Of a stretch of DNA of 64,000 bases, positions 38,282-53,100 are shown in pieces. Made by a program: the position numbers and the translations under genes. The notes below the pieces were generated by a model. It had not been told where the DNA came from. It was given only the letters and a program-made list of their open reading frames with translations, and ran no database searches. Source of the DNA: Raillietiella orientalis (Eukaryota). Where the stretch lies: the NCBI GenBank assembly GCA_036172245.1, contig JAYWIR010000004.1:4588001-4652000 (forward strand), read 5' to 3'. Position 1 is the stretch's first letter. The number at the start of each line of letters is the position of its first letter.

Positions 38282-41200
38282 ATCTTGGATCACTGACTTT
38301 TTCCATATGAGAATGCTTAAGAACTACTCTCATGTCCACTCTTTGAACAATTATCTTGCAGTCTAGCTGTTTCGAACGACTAACTCAGTGCAGTGAGCAG
38401 ACCGCCTTCCCAATGGAGTTTTCTGACTTCAGCTTGAGAGCTCATCTAACGGTGACACTGCTCAAAATTTCAGGATGGCAGAGCGAAAATGAACATGCTT
38501 CCAAAGAACCCGACTTACTCCCGCATGTGTATCCAAGGCGGACAACAGATAGCTCAACATCACATCTCCTGGTAACGCTGCATGCTATGATGAAATGACA
38601 TTTTCAGAAGCTCCTCCTTCGGAAACATCATTAGTCAATGTCATCTGGATTTGTCAACGGCCTCGTGCGTGAGGAAACATCATTTGTGTGTAGTTAAATC
38701 TGAACTCGACTTTTTGTCCATGCGTTCATCACATGACTCTGAATTCCAGATCCCAAAATATTTCCATATCCCCCTCCATGTCTCTCTGACAAAAGAGAAA
38801 ATTGTTGAGGAGCATCATGTCATAGGCAATCTTCATCACGCTTGTGTTAGCTTACTCAACTCTCTTGGTAAAAAAAAAAACACCTCAGTTCTTCGAGAGG
38901 GTATAGTGTCAAGAGACAAAACATGAGGAAATGAATCACTTTTAGGTGGAACTCTGAGGCAGCAAAACACTAAGAAGAAAAGTCATCCAAGTAAGCCAGT
39001 CAAATGCCACGAAAAGGTCGTTTACTGCAGCACTAAAATGACCCGACATTTTCCCGAGCTCCATTTTCTTTACTAGAAGTCGTGATGAGCGAATGGGCAT
39101 CCGGTACACGTCTATCCATGAAAAAGCAATCCTTCTCCTCTCTGATTTTTTGCTCCGTTCCAATCAAACTCTCTTCCTGGGCCTGAGGAGTAGCTTCTTC
39201 CTTCTTTCGAAAGATAGCACACCTATTGTGGACAACAGAAACCAACACAAAATGTAGCTGGATTCCGCTGGCTTATCCACCACCATTTAGACAGGATTTG
39301 GACTTATCCGTCTTCCATCGGTTTGCTCAATGAAGAATCCATATGTCGACGAGCGATTTAGCTGCAAGGAATGCAAGCACTTTGCTTCTAGGTAGACTGA
39401 AGCCCACAAAAGGATAGAAATTACATAATTGAGAGGATATTTGAAGCTAAATTTTATTACTAAATTTTATCTTTTTAAGAAGAGTTCCGAGCAAAATAAG
39501 AATATAGCGTGAAACTTGTTCACTTAAAGTCGTATCGACTAGTAGGACTCCATCTCTGATGACAAAGAGTTTCAGTATGCCTGCAATTGAAGCCAAAAAT
39601 CAGAGAGCCCATCACCACAGAAAGAAAAAAAAATAAGGAATTTTTCGAGCGCCCTCTAGTGCCGGGGAGCATGACCTTTTCTACGGGGAAAACCTAGATT
39701 TGATTTTGGGAGGATGGTCCGACTGCTGCCCGCGTTTCAGCGACGAAGATTTTTTTAGATGTCACGAAAAAGCCTTTTCGACTTATTTGGCCACAGATAG
39801 GTGTGGTGCTTTCCATCCCATACCCAGCTTACCCAGCGTCAATTCGTAGGAACGGACTCCCCTTGTTTTGACCAATGCAAAAACATCGGAGAGAAATCTC
39901 GTTCCTGGCAACCTTGATTTGGGCCTAACAGTGAGTCCGTTTACGAACTGGGAGAAGGAAATCTCGTTATCATTCAAAAACATGTGGAAGGAGCTCGGAA
40001 TCCTCAATCAGAATTTTACTCCTGAATGCAGTCAGGGAACTGAGTAGTGGCTGGTCCATCAGTGCTTTTCGATACACGCATGTGGGATCCATTCCAGCTC
40101 AGCTTCCCATATGTATCTCAGATTTCAGTGGGGATTTCGCATTTGAATGGGACTTTGATACGGCAGACTCTCCTAAATGAAGTAAACTATTTCGTGATAA
40201 TTTTCTTATGCAAATTCTACTAATGCTAGTGCATGATTCATAGAGTTGGTGACCATGCATGACAAATGGCAAGCTTTTTCTAAAGCCCGTGCTTAGAAAT
40301 TTCCTTCTAGAAGCGAAGTTTGGTAAGGATGTACTTGGAAGTCGTCTCTACAGTAAGGGATTAGAGAAGAGCCTCTAAGATATCACTTACGAGATATGCG
40401 CATGTGTTGAAGGCTGCAAAAAAAGCAAAATGAGGCTATCCTTTAACGTCCTTCTTCCTACGAAATTGAAGAGACAAAAACAAAATATCACATTTTCTCC
40501 ATAGGAATGATACTTGTTTTTCCTTTTTTTAGGTCAGCCTGACTATTGGTTACTTATTCGTTCTTCAAACCATGGATGCACAATTCATTCTGACGCCATC
40601 GAACTTTGAAGACGCGAAAATGTAGAATTCTTAAGGTTGTGGCACACACGCAGTATCTGAAATTAAAACCTGGGGGGTTGCCGCCCTTTGATGTTCTTGC
40701 TGAGTATTTCCTCCGCTTTCCTGCTGTTGTGGAGGAATACTTGAAATCGTAAAGTGAAGTTTCCGCAGCAGCAGTCCGTCATCTTTGGAATTTGATTTTG
40801 CAAATGTGGTTTCTAGCTGTTACTCCTAAATTTGCCAATGGAAAGGGGAACTGGAGATTGGGAACGTTATCAAAAAAAACGTACACAATGAAATCGATGT
40901 ACTTGCAGAACAAATTTATGAAGGAATACAGCCGGGATGAGAACGATCGCATTTATCTCCAGCCAATAGACAGTGAACTTCTGGATGAAAAATTGGTATC
41001 GGGAAAAAATCATCCATAGCATTGCATCGAATAATTGTGAGATTCCTCGCGGAAGAAACTAAAAACATACTTCCGGGAAGATCTTCTGATTTGCCTCAAG
41101 GTTGCTCTTCAGCAGATCCGCAAATGAGCACAAAAGCAAAGGAGGGGAGGAATCCCCACCAATGTATCTATCGGCTCAAACGGCGGATAATTAAAATTGC

Positions 41201-43399
41201 AGCATTTCAATGAAATATGCATGAGAGGCAAATGCGAGAAGCAAATCAGGGAATCTTAAAGTTCCTTCCACTATTGACAAATGAAACAAAACACGCAACC
41301 ACTGCGGGAATGCACCTGCAAAGCAAGAAATGTGTAGTCGATGTTTTGCTGCTGATGGCTACGTGGTAATCTTCTGTAAGAGAATGAGGTGCACGAGAGA
41401 GTACACAAAATCTCTGCGATATGCCTCCAGTTCTGGTATGCAGAAGTAATGAGTTTCGTATTTTCCATGCGCTTTGGTGGTCACGTATTCCTGGTGCTCC
41501 TCGTTTTGGGTGACCTATTGAAAAATTCAAGATCGGATCATTTTCCAAAATTTTGCTATGTAAATGATGCGAACTGAGTGAAACAAACTAGTCCTGCAAT
41601 TCCCATTTGATTAGCGATGAAGGGCTCTCGTTTGCACCCACTCACGCTTTATTGAAACAGGAAATGAGCTGCAGATCAGGGGACAGTGTCCACCTGAGTA
41701 CAGGTGCATAATTTACAGCGGGAACAAAAGAAGTTCCAGAGGAAGCACCACCGGAGAAACTGATTCATCTTCTCCAGCCAGTTCTTCCACTGGATTCGTG
41801 CCGAAACAATTCAGAACTGCCACGTGCCAATGAAGAGCTGCAGCATGCGGTTCAAAATAATTCCTCTTCAAGGAATCTTGATTAGAGCTAGGGACTGACC
41901 ATTGCTAAGGTAGTTGCAGATTTGTAGATTTCTGGAAACATGTTTATGTTGTTTTTCGCAATGTTTCCCAACAAATGCGCTCTTTGGATGATCTCGACGA
42001 CACGCTCTTAACAGCTTTCCAGTTTGTTGCTCTCATCTGATTACTCATAGGTACTTGATCTCCAAACGGAAGCTTCTTAATCTCAGCTCATCCGTTTCCA
42101 ATCGTTACTCGAGTATCTTACTCAGAATAGCTAAAGTGGAGCTTTTATTCGTAGCTCTCAGAGTTTCGCATTTTCTATTGCTGCGACAAGAATCGGTGAA
42201 GCCATTGGTCATCAGTATCCGTAAGGTCATCAAATCGAGAGCCAGGAAAGATCGTATTCGAAGTTCGAGGGATTGTAGTATATGAAGTAATTTTCGCTTT
42301 GTCTTCGTAGCACCTGTGTTTTGCAATGCGATAGACCCACCCAAAGGTGGGTGCGGGGACTACATGAACAGTATACTGTGTTTGAAGCGTCTTCTATTCT
42401 GAGCATGCCAGAGGCAACGTGAAAGACGCCAAGTGAAAAAAATTGTTTGCATTCCTCCTTCTTCGTGCTTCTTTGCGCACCTTTGAGCGACGTGGATCTG
42501 CAGGGTTGGTTCGTTTCTTCACGGTCAGTTTCCTAGACTCAGTTTTTAGAAAATATCAGATAATTTTTCGGTGTGACCCTCATGACCGAGAAAATACGTT
42601 GGGTCATCTAGGGCTCAGGGTCTTCTGGTCGTGCCACTTTCTAAATTGCTTTTTTTGTTACTTGGAGAATAATTTTCATGGATTATGTTTTTCTTGTTTG
42701 AAGGTACTCATAGAACCTGCTTCCATGAAACTGAGACAAGATTAACGATTTGGGATCATCGCCCCTAGAAGTGGAACAGCCAAACAGAAAAAGAGACTAT
42801 TGAGTTAAGGAAATAGAGTTGGCTTCATAATTCAAATAACAGATCTTTCAGGCTTTTGCAGTTTTTCGTATTCTATGTAGTTTTCATCTTCCTTTGATTG
42901 TTCCCACTGTCATTTTTCATTTTTTTAAGCTCTGCTTTTCAGCTTGTTTTTGAAGCGTTTTCCTAAAGGAACTGATCACTTGTGTCACTTTGTGCACAGC
43001 TGTCTTTCAGGAGTCCTCAATAAAAAGGTGTTGTGTCCTTTTTTTGCAATAAATATAGTGGATAAGATGTTTGAGGATTTTCCCCAGCAGCCCGTGGATT
43101 CTTCATCAGCACTTACGACTTTACTTTCCTCACTCTGTAGACTGTTGGAACTCATTGAAACTGTTGGGTTTCATAAGTAAGCACTGCCCCCCTATCAGGA
43201 TGCCTTCCTGGGAATGGGTTGCATTTTTAGCACTGATTCCTTTGCAGCATCAGTTTTGGTTTCTAGCTCCCGATGGTCAGGGGCTTATCTGGAACTGGCA
43301 CTCAATCAGTGAGCAAGGCCGGAACAATAGGAGTTGACCTTCGGGTGCTTCCAGGAATCAAGAAGTGGGGAGTTCCCCCTCCGGTGTGCAACGAAGAGT

Positions 43400-43800
43400 G
43401 GACCCCCGTCACCGGGGGACCGCCTCCGGTTTCAAGATGGAGCAGGAACCCTCACGGGCACCTCTCCAGTTGTTCAAAGAAGCGGACCCCTCCCTGTTGG
43501 GGGGACCCTCCGAGTCGTCGCCTCTTCGCAGAGTGCACAAGGAAGCAAGCGAGAGCGATTCCCTGCGGGAAGCTGCAGCGCCTCTTCTGAGTTTCGGAAG
43601 CATCCCCTTGGGGTTCTCTTCAGAGGAGTGAACAGGAGCGGTTCCCTTGCGGGTTCCCTCCGGAGAAGAAATTCGTACTAGCGGATCCTTTCCGGGTTCC
43701 CTTCGGAGAAGATGAAATGGAGAGGACCACTCCCCTTCCGGAGGGCCCTCCGGAGAGAATGAGGAAGGAGATTCCCTTCGGGTTCCCCACCGGAGACAAC
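43400..43800. repeat. Degenerate GC-rich minisatellite, unit about 42-43 nt
   Basis: Recurrent CCCTTNCGGGTTCCCTCCGGAGA-like core at ~43603, 43643, 43686, 43731 and 43773, with weaker units near 43400 and 43484. Confidence 0.7.
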
Positions 43801-44155
43801 CAGGGTGGGAGGTGCGTGGGAGGGACGGACTCCGAGCCCTTCCTGGATTCATAGGGCGGACCCCCATCCCGGGGTGCCCCCTATCCTGAAGAATTACACG
43901 CCCCCCTGCGGGGTTGTCCTAGGGGAGAGGCGTGGAAACACAACAGTGTGTTTAAAAGAGCCACTTGCGCCGCAAGGCACGCGACTGGCTCTGAGGTGCT
44001 TAGAGAACCAAAAAAAAGAAAACTCTTAAAAAAAAAAGTTGGAAGGAAAACAGCGAAGATAGAAGAAAAAGAACCCAAGGATTTCCATCGTTCTATCTTG
44101 AATCCAGGAAGGGCTCGGAGTCCGTTCCTCTCTCGCATCTCCCACCCTGGTTGTC
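43795..44155. repeat. 57-bp inverted repeat pair (43795-43851 and 44099-44155), 247-nt spacer
   Basis: 53/57 identical in inverted orientation. Confidence 0.9.
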
Positions 44156-47100
44156 CCGCATCCTTGCTTGGAGCAGGCTTAATGTGTTTGCTAAGCACCT
44201 CCGTTTACGGTGGACTCCCTAGAAGTCCCGTTGAAGCGAAACGCGATTTGGCCACAGTCCGCCAAACAAAGCAGGTCACGAGCCGGTGACCTTAACTCCC
44301 TAGATTCGGGAGATGGAAGGAAGCTGCTGTGTTTTCAAGTGAAATCTCTTCCTAGTCTAACTCTCAGCATGCAATTTTGATCTTTATTTCATTTTGTTAT
44401 CATTTTCTCGATGCGTTGCTGATCAATCCGAGTGGAAAAGTAGCAGTAAAAGTCATTTTTTTTGCCAGCAAGCTAATGGTCTGCTTGAGACACCCGTTTT
44501 ATTTTATGCCATCCAGGTCAACTATTCTTGGATTATTTTAGACGATCTAAGGATGGGGGGACGAACGTTTTTACAAATTACAAATCATGGGGCTCTGTTC
44601 TATCGTATCGACAAGATACCATACTCCTCTTCCTTGCTTTTATTTAGTTTTCTTTTCGAGGAGACACGGCTGTCGAGAATTTTCCCATTTATTTTAGCTG
44701 GTATCTAAGAATGACGACGCCTTCTCTATTTTATCAATGATCAGGAATCTCCCCGATGCTCTCCCCTGCCTTCCCCAGGCGCTCCCATCTCCAAGCACTG
44801 CTGAAAGAGACAAGTGCGCAGAGTCGTTTCACTGAGAATGAGAGAAAACTCGAGGGAGCTGAACTTACCGAATGCACTCGAGGTTTCAAAGCGATCGAAA
44901 ATGCGTTCCAAGTCCTCCGGAACAGGGGGCAAGCAGATTGCCGGAGAGAGGGGCAATCAACGCAGTCATGGTGTTCGATCAGAAGCCAAAGTGATTCAGA
45001 AGTCTTAGGGTTCCTGCATTTTGGACTGCAGAAGAGAGAAGCAGCTTGTAATCTCGATCCGGGCTGCTGGAACAAACCTGACCATGAAGCAAGTTGAACC
45101 ATCAATTTTTCTCCTATGCATCATGATTCCGTGACACGACATTCGAGATTTAGCATCTGATAATCCGCACACCAATCACGCGATATTTTGCATAACTCTT
45201 GTTCTAAACCCCGATGCTTACTATCGACCAAACCTGGGTTCCCTGGGTCCGTGTTCGTGGAACACGCGAAGGAAAGTGTTTCCTATGCAACGTGAATTTG
45301 TTTTAAACTGTCGTACATAAACCCCACAATTTTCAGGAAACTCCATTTTTATGGATCTCGTTCTGCTTGACGCAAAAATAAAACGGAAGCAAGCACCATT
45401 TTGATTTTCGGGTTCGTCGTCTTTTCTTCCCGGCCTTCCTTCTCGCGTAACATGCAACCCAATTGGAAATGCAACTAATTTGCATAGTCTGAAAGCTTTC
45501 ACATGTCTGCCATTATTTGGAGAGATCACCGATTCTCCAGCAGCCACGGCTTACAATTGTAATTTCGTACGACACTGGCAAAACCGGCGTTGGATGCAGT
45601 AAATGGGGAACAAATACGAAGCTGCAGTAAGGCAATTCCGGCAGCAGCAGCAGCAGAAGACCCATTCTTGCACATCCAGCGATGTGCTTTCTATCCTTTG
45701 GCAGCGCTGGCGCTGATTTTTCCTTCACTCATGCATGAAAACAAACACCGACCTGAGGTATTGCTTCGGTGGAATAGGAATAGGAAAAATAAAGATTAAA
45801 GTATTCACAGTAGCTGGTCTCAGGGGTATGCTGAGCTAAGATTCATGGGTGGTACAACTTCCAGCGCACGAAGACATTTACAAAGGCCACTTTCGGAAAA
45901 TTATGTGATGGTTTAATTGTTTGATTCTCATAATTTTGGCTTCCTTTTAATATATGCTTCACAATCTTGGGATTTATTACTCATGTTGATGATACATGAA
46001 GACAAATTCTTCTTAACGAATCCCCTCCATTGCTCATGCATCAGTGCAACTGAAAAGTGGGAACTTGGAACTCATGAACAGTTTCCCATTGCTCATCTGT
46101 TCCTTTAGATAGGAAAAAACGGATTAGAAAGCTGGATGTCCTTTGCAAGTTTGATTTCTCGGACTGTTTTTCCCGATCACTCAAAACTTCCAAGATGATG
46201 TTGCGTGTACAAGTTTCCAAATATTCTCAAGAATCATGCATACCAACCGATAGCTAATTTAATTTTCCATCCAGTTGAGCTGTAGAAAAACACTCGAGTT
46301 CTCTCTTCTTTGCTCGCTATTTTTCTAGAGCTATGCTTTTCATGCGGCAAAGCCGACTGCTAAAGGAAACATTCCCTCTCTTTTTACTGTGTGCACTCAC
46401 AGCAACGAGATAATTAGTGAAAAAATGGAACACGACTCGACATGCCTTTTCTTAGTGGAATTTTTTTGCCAATTTGAAAAGAAAAATAGGATTTTTACAT
46501 CACTTCATGAACATTGCTTTACCCAATGCAAAGAAAGCAAGATTGCTACCTCTTTTCCGTTCTATCATGATCATTCCTAAAAGGACTCATTATTCTTTTG
46601 CAATGAACAAAACCGTTCCTTAAGTTCATTTCCTTACTTTTGAATATGCTGCCTCATCATGGTTTGCAAATAGCAGCAATCCTCAAATACTTATGCAAAA
46701 TTTGTCTTCCCCCAAAATTTTTGCGGAGCGATTCTATCGGGCAGAAATTTTCAGTGGAAAACCATTGCGTCTTATTTCAAAAGATGGTGTTACAAAATCA
46801 GAGGGGCGTCTGAGAAAGTATTTCGCGATATTTCATGGCTTCGTTATCTTTTGAATGCCTTTATCCTCTTCTTTTTTTTTAATGAGAAATCTGCGCATTC
46901 GTGTTCAGCATGAACTTTCTGAGAGAGGATTTTTCAACTGACTGAAAGTTTTGTAGTCATTCATATTTTGCATCCCTCCTTAGTCATCACAACTGCTGAC
47001 TAAAGGATCAGAAAAGCATTTACTACTCTCTGGTTCCAAACATCTAGCAGGTTCAGGAACTGTGCTTGAGATCCGGAGGGCTGGGAGAGCATTAAGCGGA

Positions 47101-50100
47101 AGCATCACCTCATCTTAAACAGCCGCTTCAGTCTAAGTGATTCGGCAAAATTAGATTTCAGTACTACACCGTAAGCTCTGTATCATATTCAAAAAAAAAA
47201 AAAGGCAAAGAGATTTCGAGAAGCTCTCTTCGATCCGTTCTCTCCTCATTCATTAAGGAGTAAATTAGCTCTTGCATCTTAGTGAAGATGAAGATTATAG
47301 ACAAGTGCAACTGAAGAGCTGAAGTTAATGCTTTTCCCTTCCAATCGAGGTTTCCACTGATGTCTCGTGTGTATAATTATTGACTGCGTTCGATTTCATG
47401 ATTTACTACATTAAAATTCCTCATTTCTTCCAAATGGTCTGCTTTCGAACCTCAAGATTCATCATTGGCAAAAAAGTTGACATTCTATTTAGTTTCAGCC
47501 GCTTAAGGTTCGCCAAACTCGATTCATAAAAAAAATGCAATTATGACTGAATCTAAAGCGTATTTTTATGTTTGCTCAATCTCATATTTTCTGTCTCACT
47601 AAATGCTTTCCTATCCATTTGAAACTTCAAAGTGTCCGTCGTTTCGTCAACATAAAACCCACCCATTTGAAGTGATATTATACATTTTATAAATACACAG
47701 CATTTTAGAAGTGGTTTTTGAAAAATTCAAATTTTTCCGATGAAGACGGCGTTTTTTTTTACCCCTCTTATTTTTGGCACTTGGAAGTTCCACTTGTGAT
47801 TTTCATGCCCGCTACGTAACCATGACCTGATTTTCGGACAAGTCTTCCTCCTTTGTGTGCCATTTTGTGGTGCCCTGCTAAGAGCAGCAACAAGTGGGCA
47901 CATAAACTTGAAAGACGAGTTTTTTAATGCGTTATCCGTTGAGAACAGTTTTTAGGAGAACGGCTCCAAACCGAAAGATGAAGAGAAACAGCAGAATTAA
48001 GCACGGAATAATTGTGGCTCGTAGTACATCAGTACGAGTTTTCATGACAGTGATTTCAGAAAGAGCAAAACCAGTGTAATATTTCCGATGGAAAGCAAGA
48101 TTCTGGTGTAGAGGACTCTTTTTCATGCATTTAACTGCTGTTAGGAAGAAGCAAAGCGAGTGAGATGCCTTCAAGAGGGACCGTCAAGAGGATCTTTACC
48201 ATAGCTGTGGCAGATTTAAAGGTGATTGATTGGGAAGCTGTAAGTTCACTTCCCAAAAGGCTGTCTTTAAGTCTACATAGATGCATTTTCCGGGAGATCA
48301 CATTGCTCCTTGACACTGAACTCATTTTATTATATTTAGCCACGGTGAAAAGATAATGAAGTATTATTAAGTCTTTCTCACGGTGATCGATTCCATGGAG
48401 AAAAAAAATTACTTTACTCATTTGGAGAGTTTTTGTCAACAAGAAGTATCCACAATCAGTGGCTCAGAAAGTGCTTAGAAAATTGATGCTCAAAAATGAT
48501 TTAGAGCTTAAAATTGAGGTATTTGTAATCAGGCTGAGTTTCCATTTCAGTAGAGAGATACGCAATTTTTTAAAATTGCACACACGAAAGAAAATTTTTT
48601 CTTCGTGTGATTGGAGCAAAAGAGACAACGAAGTTCAGTCAGACTTAAAATTCTTCAAAAGTGAGATTCATTTTGATGAATGCTAGCTTGTTTGTGGACA
48701 ACTTAGATGAAAGACCTGAAAAGTCAACTTAGATGAAAGGACACCTTAAATGGAAAGCACAACTTGGATGTCAGGGAGGCATTCGGTTATGCACTTGGAA
48801 CCATAGTTTTGTTGAATGGCAAATAGAAAAAACCTTCACAAAAGGTGGATAGATGGAGCTGTCATTTTTTTACTCATAAGGATTAATAAATGACTCTTTT
48901 TCAATTTTCGGAATATCATTTTAGAAGAATACTCAGTAGATTATTATCTACGATTTCATTTTTGATGATTACTCTTAAGATGCAATGAAATCGTAAGAGT
49001 ATGTAATGGGTAACGTTCCGAGGGCGGGTAACAAAAAGATGAAACATCTGTCAACGAACACCCACAGTTTGAATTGGTACCTCCGTCACAGTTCTGACTT
49101 AGAATTATCTGCAAATCTAATTGGATTTTGCCAGCCATTTGGTAATAACCCGAGCTGCAAAACTTGGGTTAGTGTGGCTGGAGAACCAAGTTACAGAGCA
49201 CATAGCACATCTTTCACGATTCTGTGGCTCATTCAATTGATTCGCTTGCTTTTGTGAATGATGGCTGTAAGCTTTATTTACCTCGTTTCAAACCATGTAA
49301 ATAAATAGCTCATTCGAAATTAAAACTGATTGAAGGAACGTAATGTTCTCATAAACACTCGTGAAGAGAACACACCTGAAAAAAAATTCCTGACTTCATG
49401 GAAAACCCAGACAAACCAGGTTTTTCATGAAATCTCCATCAAGAGTGGAACACTATGCATCAGAAATGTGTACCAATAGGAACACAAGCTTTTGGAGAAA
49501 TGCTTCATCAAATAAGGAACCAAATATTCCCTGAAGAACCTTTAGGATTCGTTTCTAACGAGGAGAAACCGCTTGTCTCGTCAAATTCTAGGGAAAAAGG
49601 GACTTTTTGGTTCGTGTGTATAACCACTTGCTGCTCATAACCTCTTGATTAGAGTACTATCAGATAAGCAGTTTAAAAAACGATTCATCCCATCAGAATC
49701 AATTTGAATTCGGAAGGAATCGTGAGAAACTATACTAATGAATGCTTGAACGAATCTAATAAAGTTTCCTGATAATCAGATAAAATATCAAGCTTGTGCT
49801 GCTTGATATGCAAGTTTTATCTGTCGTGGAATGATGCATCCTGAAAAAGCTGAAACGTCGTTTGAAATGTCTCTTCGAGTATCTGTGCCTACTCCAAAGG
49901 ACTTTTAGATGGCTCGGAAAATATCCCCTCAGTATTCACATTTTCTCATCTCGAGGAAGTTCGGCTTAAGGGGTATGAAGTTTTCCACCTTCCGAGTTGG
50001 AGGTACTTGTTATGGTGAATAACACTTGGATGATGGAAATTTGTAGAAGTACCGCACTTTTCGGTAGATAGCGAGGGCGTTATCTATGCAAAAAGTTAGA

Positions 50101-53100
50101 GTCGGAAAATGTACAGGGGAAATGTGCTAATCCGGAGGTTTGAAAATGCAGCACAACTGATGAGGTCGACAGGATTTCAAATCGGAATCGGAAGATTCAG
50201 CGGTTCATCCGGGATCTTTATGTTCGATTGCTCCTCTTACCAAAGTACCCTATCCGCGCATTGAACACGGCCGTTGAAAACATCCGCTGCTCGTCATGAT
50301 ACGCACGCTAGCTCTTGTCTGAAAATGAGGTGCCTCCTTTACTCAGGCAAGATCCTTCCAATGATTCCGTGTTTTGTGGTGTGTTTTCTCTATGGCTTAA
50401 AACTCAAAGATCTCAGGAACAGCATCCGTGCCAATCAGGAAGTCATTACTTCACGGTTGACTCCATCTTAGTATCCCTGGATTCATAGGGCGGACTGTCA
50501 CTTCAAAGGTCTTTTTAATTTCAGAAATTCACTTGAACTGGATTGAAAGTTTTCAATCAAGACAAAGGTATTTCAAAACAGCATTCCAAACAACATTTCA
50601 GCATTTTCGTACCTAAAGCATCTTCACAGCATTAGCACCAGAATAAATGTTCGCCTTTCAGTAGCAAGGGAATCATTATGAATTTGAAATGTAGGAAGCA
50701 AGTTCCACCCACCTCCTATTAGCATGTACCTTGCACTTTCCTGATGCTTCCGTTGAGGAAAAAAATGTGAAATCAATAGCTGGGAAGAGCGACTAGTGAA
50801 CTGTAAAAGTTAGGAGGTCCATGATGCTTCGATTCAACAATAAAAGATCTGTAATGCAACCACAAGGACCACATATCTTTTATACATTTCATACTATTAT
50901 TAAGATCTCTCTTCAAACTTTCTTGCAGGTAAATATAAGAAATCCATGCTTACCTTGTCTGGCAAAGAAAAGGATGGAGTAAATAAGGAAATGCTTGTGA
51001 GAAAACGAGCAAAATTTCAAAAAGAAAAACAAAGATGCTGCTACAGAACGGAAATTCATAAGGATGCAGGCAAGCAGCAGTTCTACAGCAATCATTCCTG
51101 GATCACGGGCTATCGCATAAAAATGACGGATGCCAAAGAGCATCAACGACCCACAAAATAAGCAAAGCCGTCACACAAACTGAAGAGTAGAATACAAGAG
51201 ATGTTCTCCGCTCCGCTTCCAAGTCTCATACTGCCCAATGAAGCCTTGCCTTGATCCAGTTCCTTAGAAACAAGAGATGTCCATACTGCCTTACGCAGAA
51301 TTGCGTGTGTGCTTGAGACGATTTTCTTTCTCAGGAGACCCACGTTTTCTTTCTCAATTGCTAAGCTCCCACGTGTTATCCTGGAAGCCCGAAACGTCCA
51401 TTTCTCCTTAATTCTAGCGGACTTCTCTTTCTCACCATCCAAAGTTCTGATGCCATTGCTAGCTTTCTTCCACTTCCGTCGACATCTTCGGACATGAGTT
51501 CACCCAAATTCTCATCCGCCAACGATGTCCCACGCAACCACTTTTTCACCACCGAACTCAACTTCCTTCGGAATAAGCCTTGCACTTCCGGATCTTGTGA
51601 TGCTAACAGTTTGAAACAACTGTTGGCATAGAAATTATCTGCCTTATGAGAAAGATTAAATGCCAGGCATCCCGTGGATTTGTCTGCATACTCGTTCGCT
51701 GCCCTCTTTGATACATCTCTTGAGGAAATCCTCTGATGTTATTATTCACAATCGTCCATTCCGCTATCTTGAATAGTTGGCAGCTCGCCAGACCGAGAAC
51801 TTTTACCACTGGGACAATCTGAAACCAATTAAGACTTCTGCGGGATTCTGTTACTTGGTAGACTTAATCGTATTCATATCTGCTACCGGGACACTGGAGA
51901 CCACAGTTTATATATCTATGTTTAGCTGAAGATGGGAGGAATCTAGTAGGAACCACAAGTGTGCTTTTTCAGACTCCTATAAGCTTCATAATGTTGGGAT
52001 GTTCTTGAGTGCACTCAATCTTCAATCTTGTTTTGCTTAGAAATCCGTTTTATTCCTTCTTCAATAGTTTATTCAATATTCGTCTTCTTTCCACATTGAG
52101 CAGATCAACTCCTGATGAAAGAATTTTCATGCTCACTTCTGTTGGTCTCAGATGCATGGATCCGCGGATTGCAGTTATTTCAACTCCAAAGTTTCTGTTA
52201 GGCTGCATAACATTTAAACTTCATAGAAAGCGTTTCAAAACATCCTGGATAGCACGCCATTTATCCTGGTCCCACTGGAATCTTTGCACTACTAAATTCC
52301 ATGTGCAATGTTCCTTTCAATGGGAGTCACATACAGCACAGGTAGCATAACTAAAACCATAACGCCATCAACCTTGCATTATCCTCACTATGGTCACAAC
52401 TTCCCTGTCCAAGGCTGTGTAATTCCTTCACTAGAGAATCCCACAGGACTTCAACATAGAAGGTGATTCACAAACATTTAATCATGCAATGAAGAAACAG
52501 TATTTCCAAGGGAAACATGTCTCTGGAAATGCAAGAAAACTTAACAGGGTCCATCTCTTTCTGGTGAAAATTTTTCTTTACGAGCTGATCCTCTTCTTTG
52601 TCTTTTTGGCCATGACTGCCAAAGTGCTTCCTCATAAACAATTTACTTTCCCAATCTCATCTTTATGAAATTCATCATCCCATTAGTTATTAGTTTGGGA
52701 TCTCGACAAAAATCTATGCGAAATTAAATTTAAAAACGAATGCTTTCTAATATTTGAAAGTTTTTACATTGCTTTCCCAACATGAATCTTAACGAAAACT
52801 CTAAAATCAACAAAATATGGTGATAAAATTCCCAGCATTATTTTTCAATTTGCATTTTAAATTATTCTTAATTCCCTCGAATCGTAATCTTCGCTTAGAT
52901 TCAACACACGGGCGCTTAATTTTAAAGACCTTTGGAGGCAAAAATTACAAAGCAGATGGAACATGCACAGAAATAAATGAGTCTTTCAGTTATTTTTTGT
53001 TAGCAGCGAAACATTAGAATATCGATATTTCTTCATGTTGGATTTTTGAAGGCACAGAGAAATTCCCTCCCAAAGAAGACCATTTTGCTCAGACCATCTC

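Noticed and set aside
48698..48771. Three CAACTT(A/G)GATG repeats as a CRISPR-like array
   Set aside because: The repeats are only 11-15 nt with irregular short spacers, in a eukaryotic context with no cas genes; a local duplication explains them.
49395..49431. 13-bp AT-rich imperfect hairpin (also 27589-27617)
   Set aside because: AT-rich with a mismatch and longer loops, so close to what could arise by chance.
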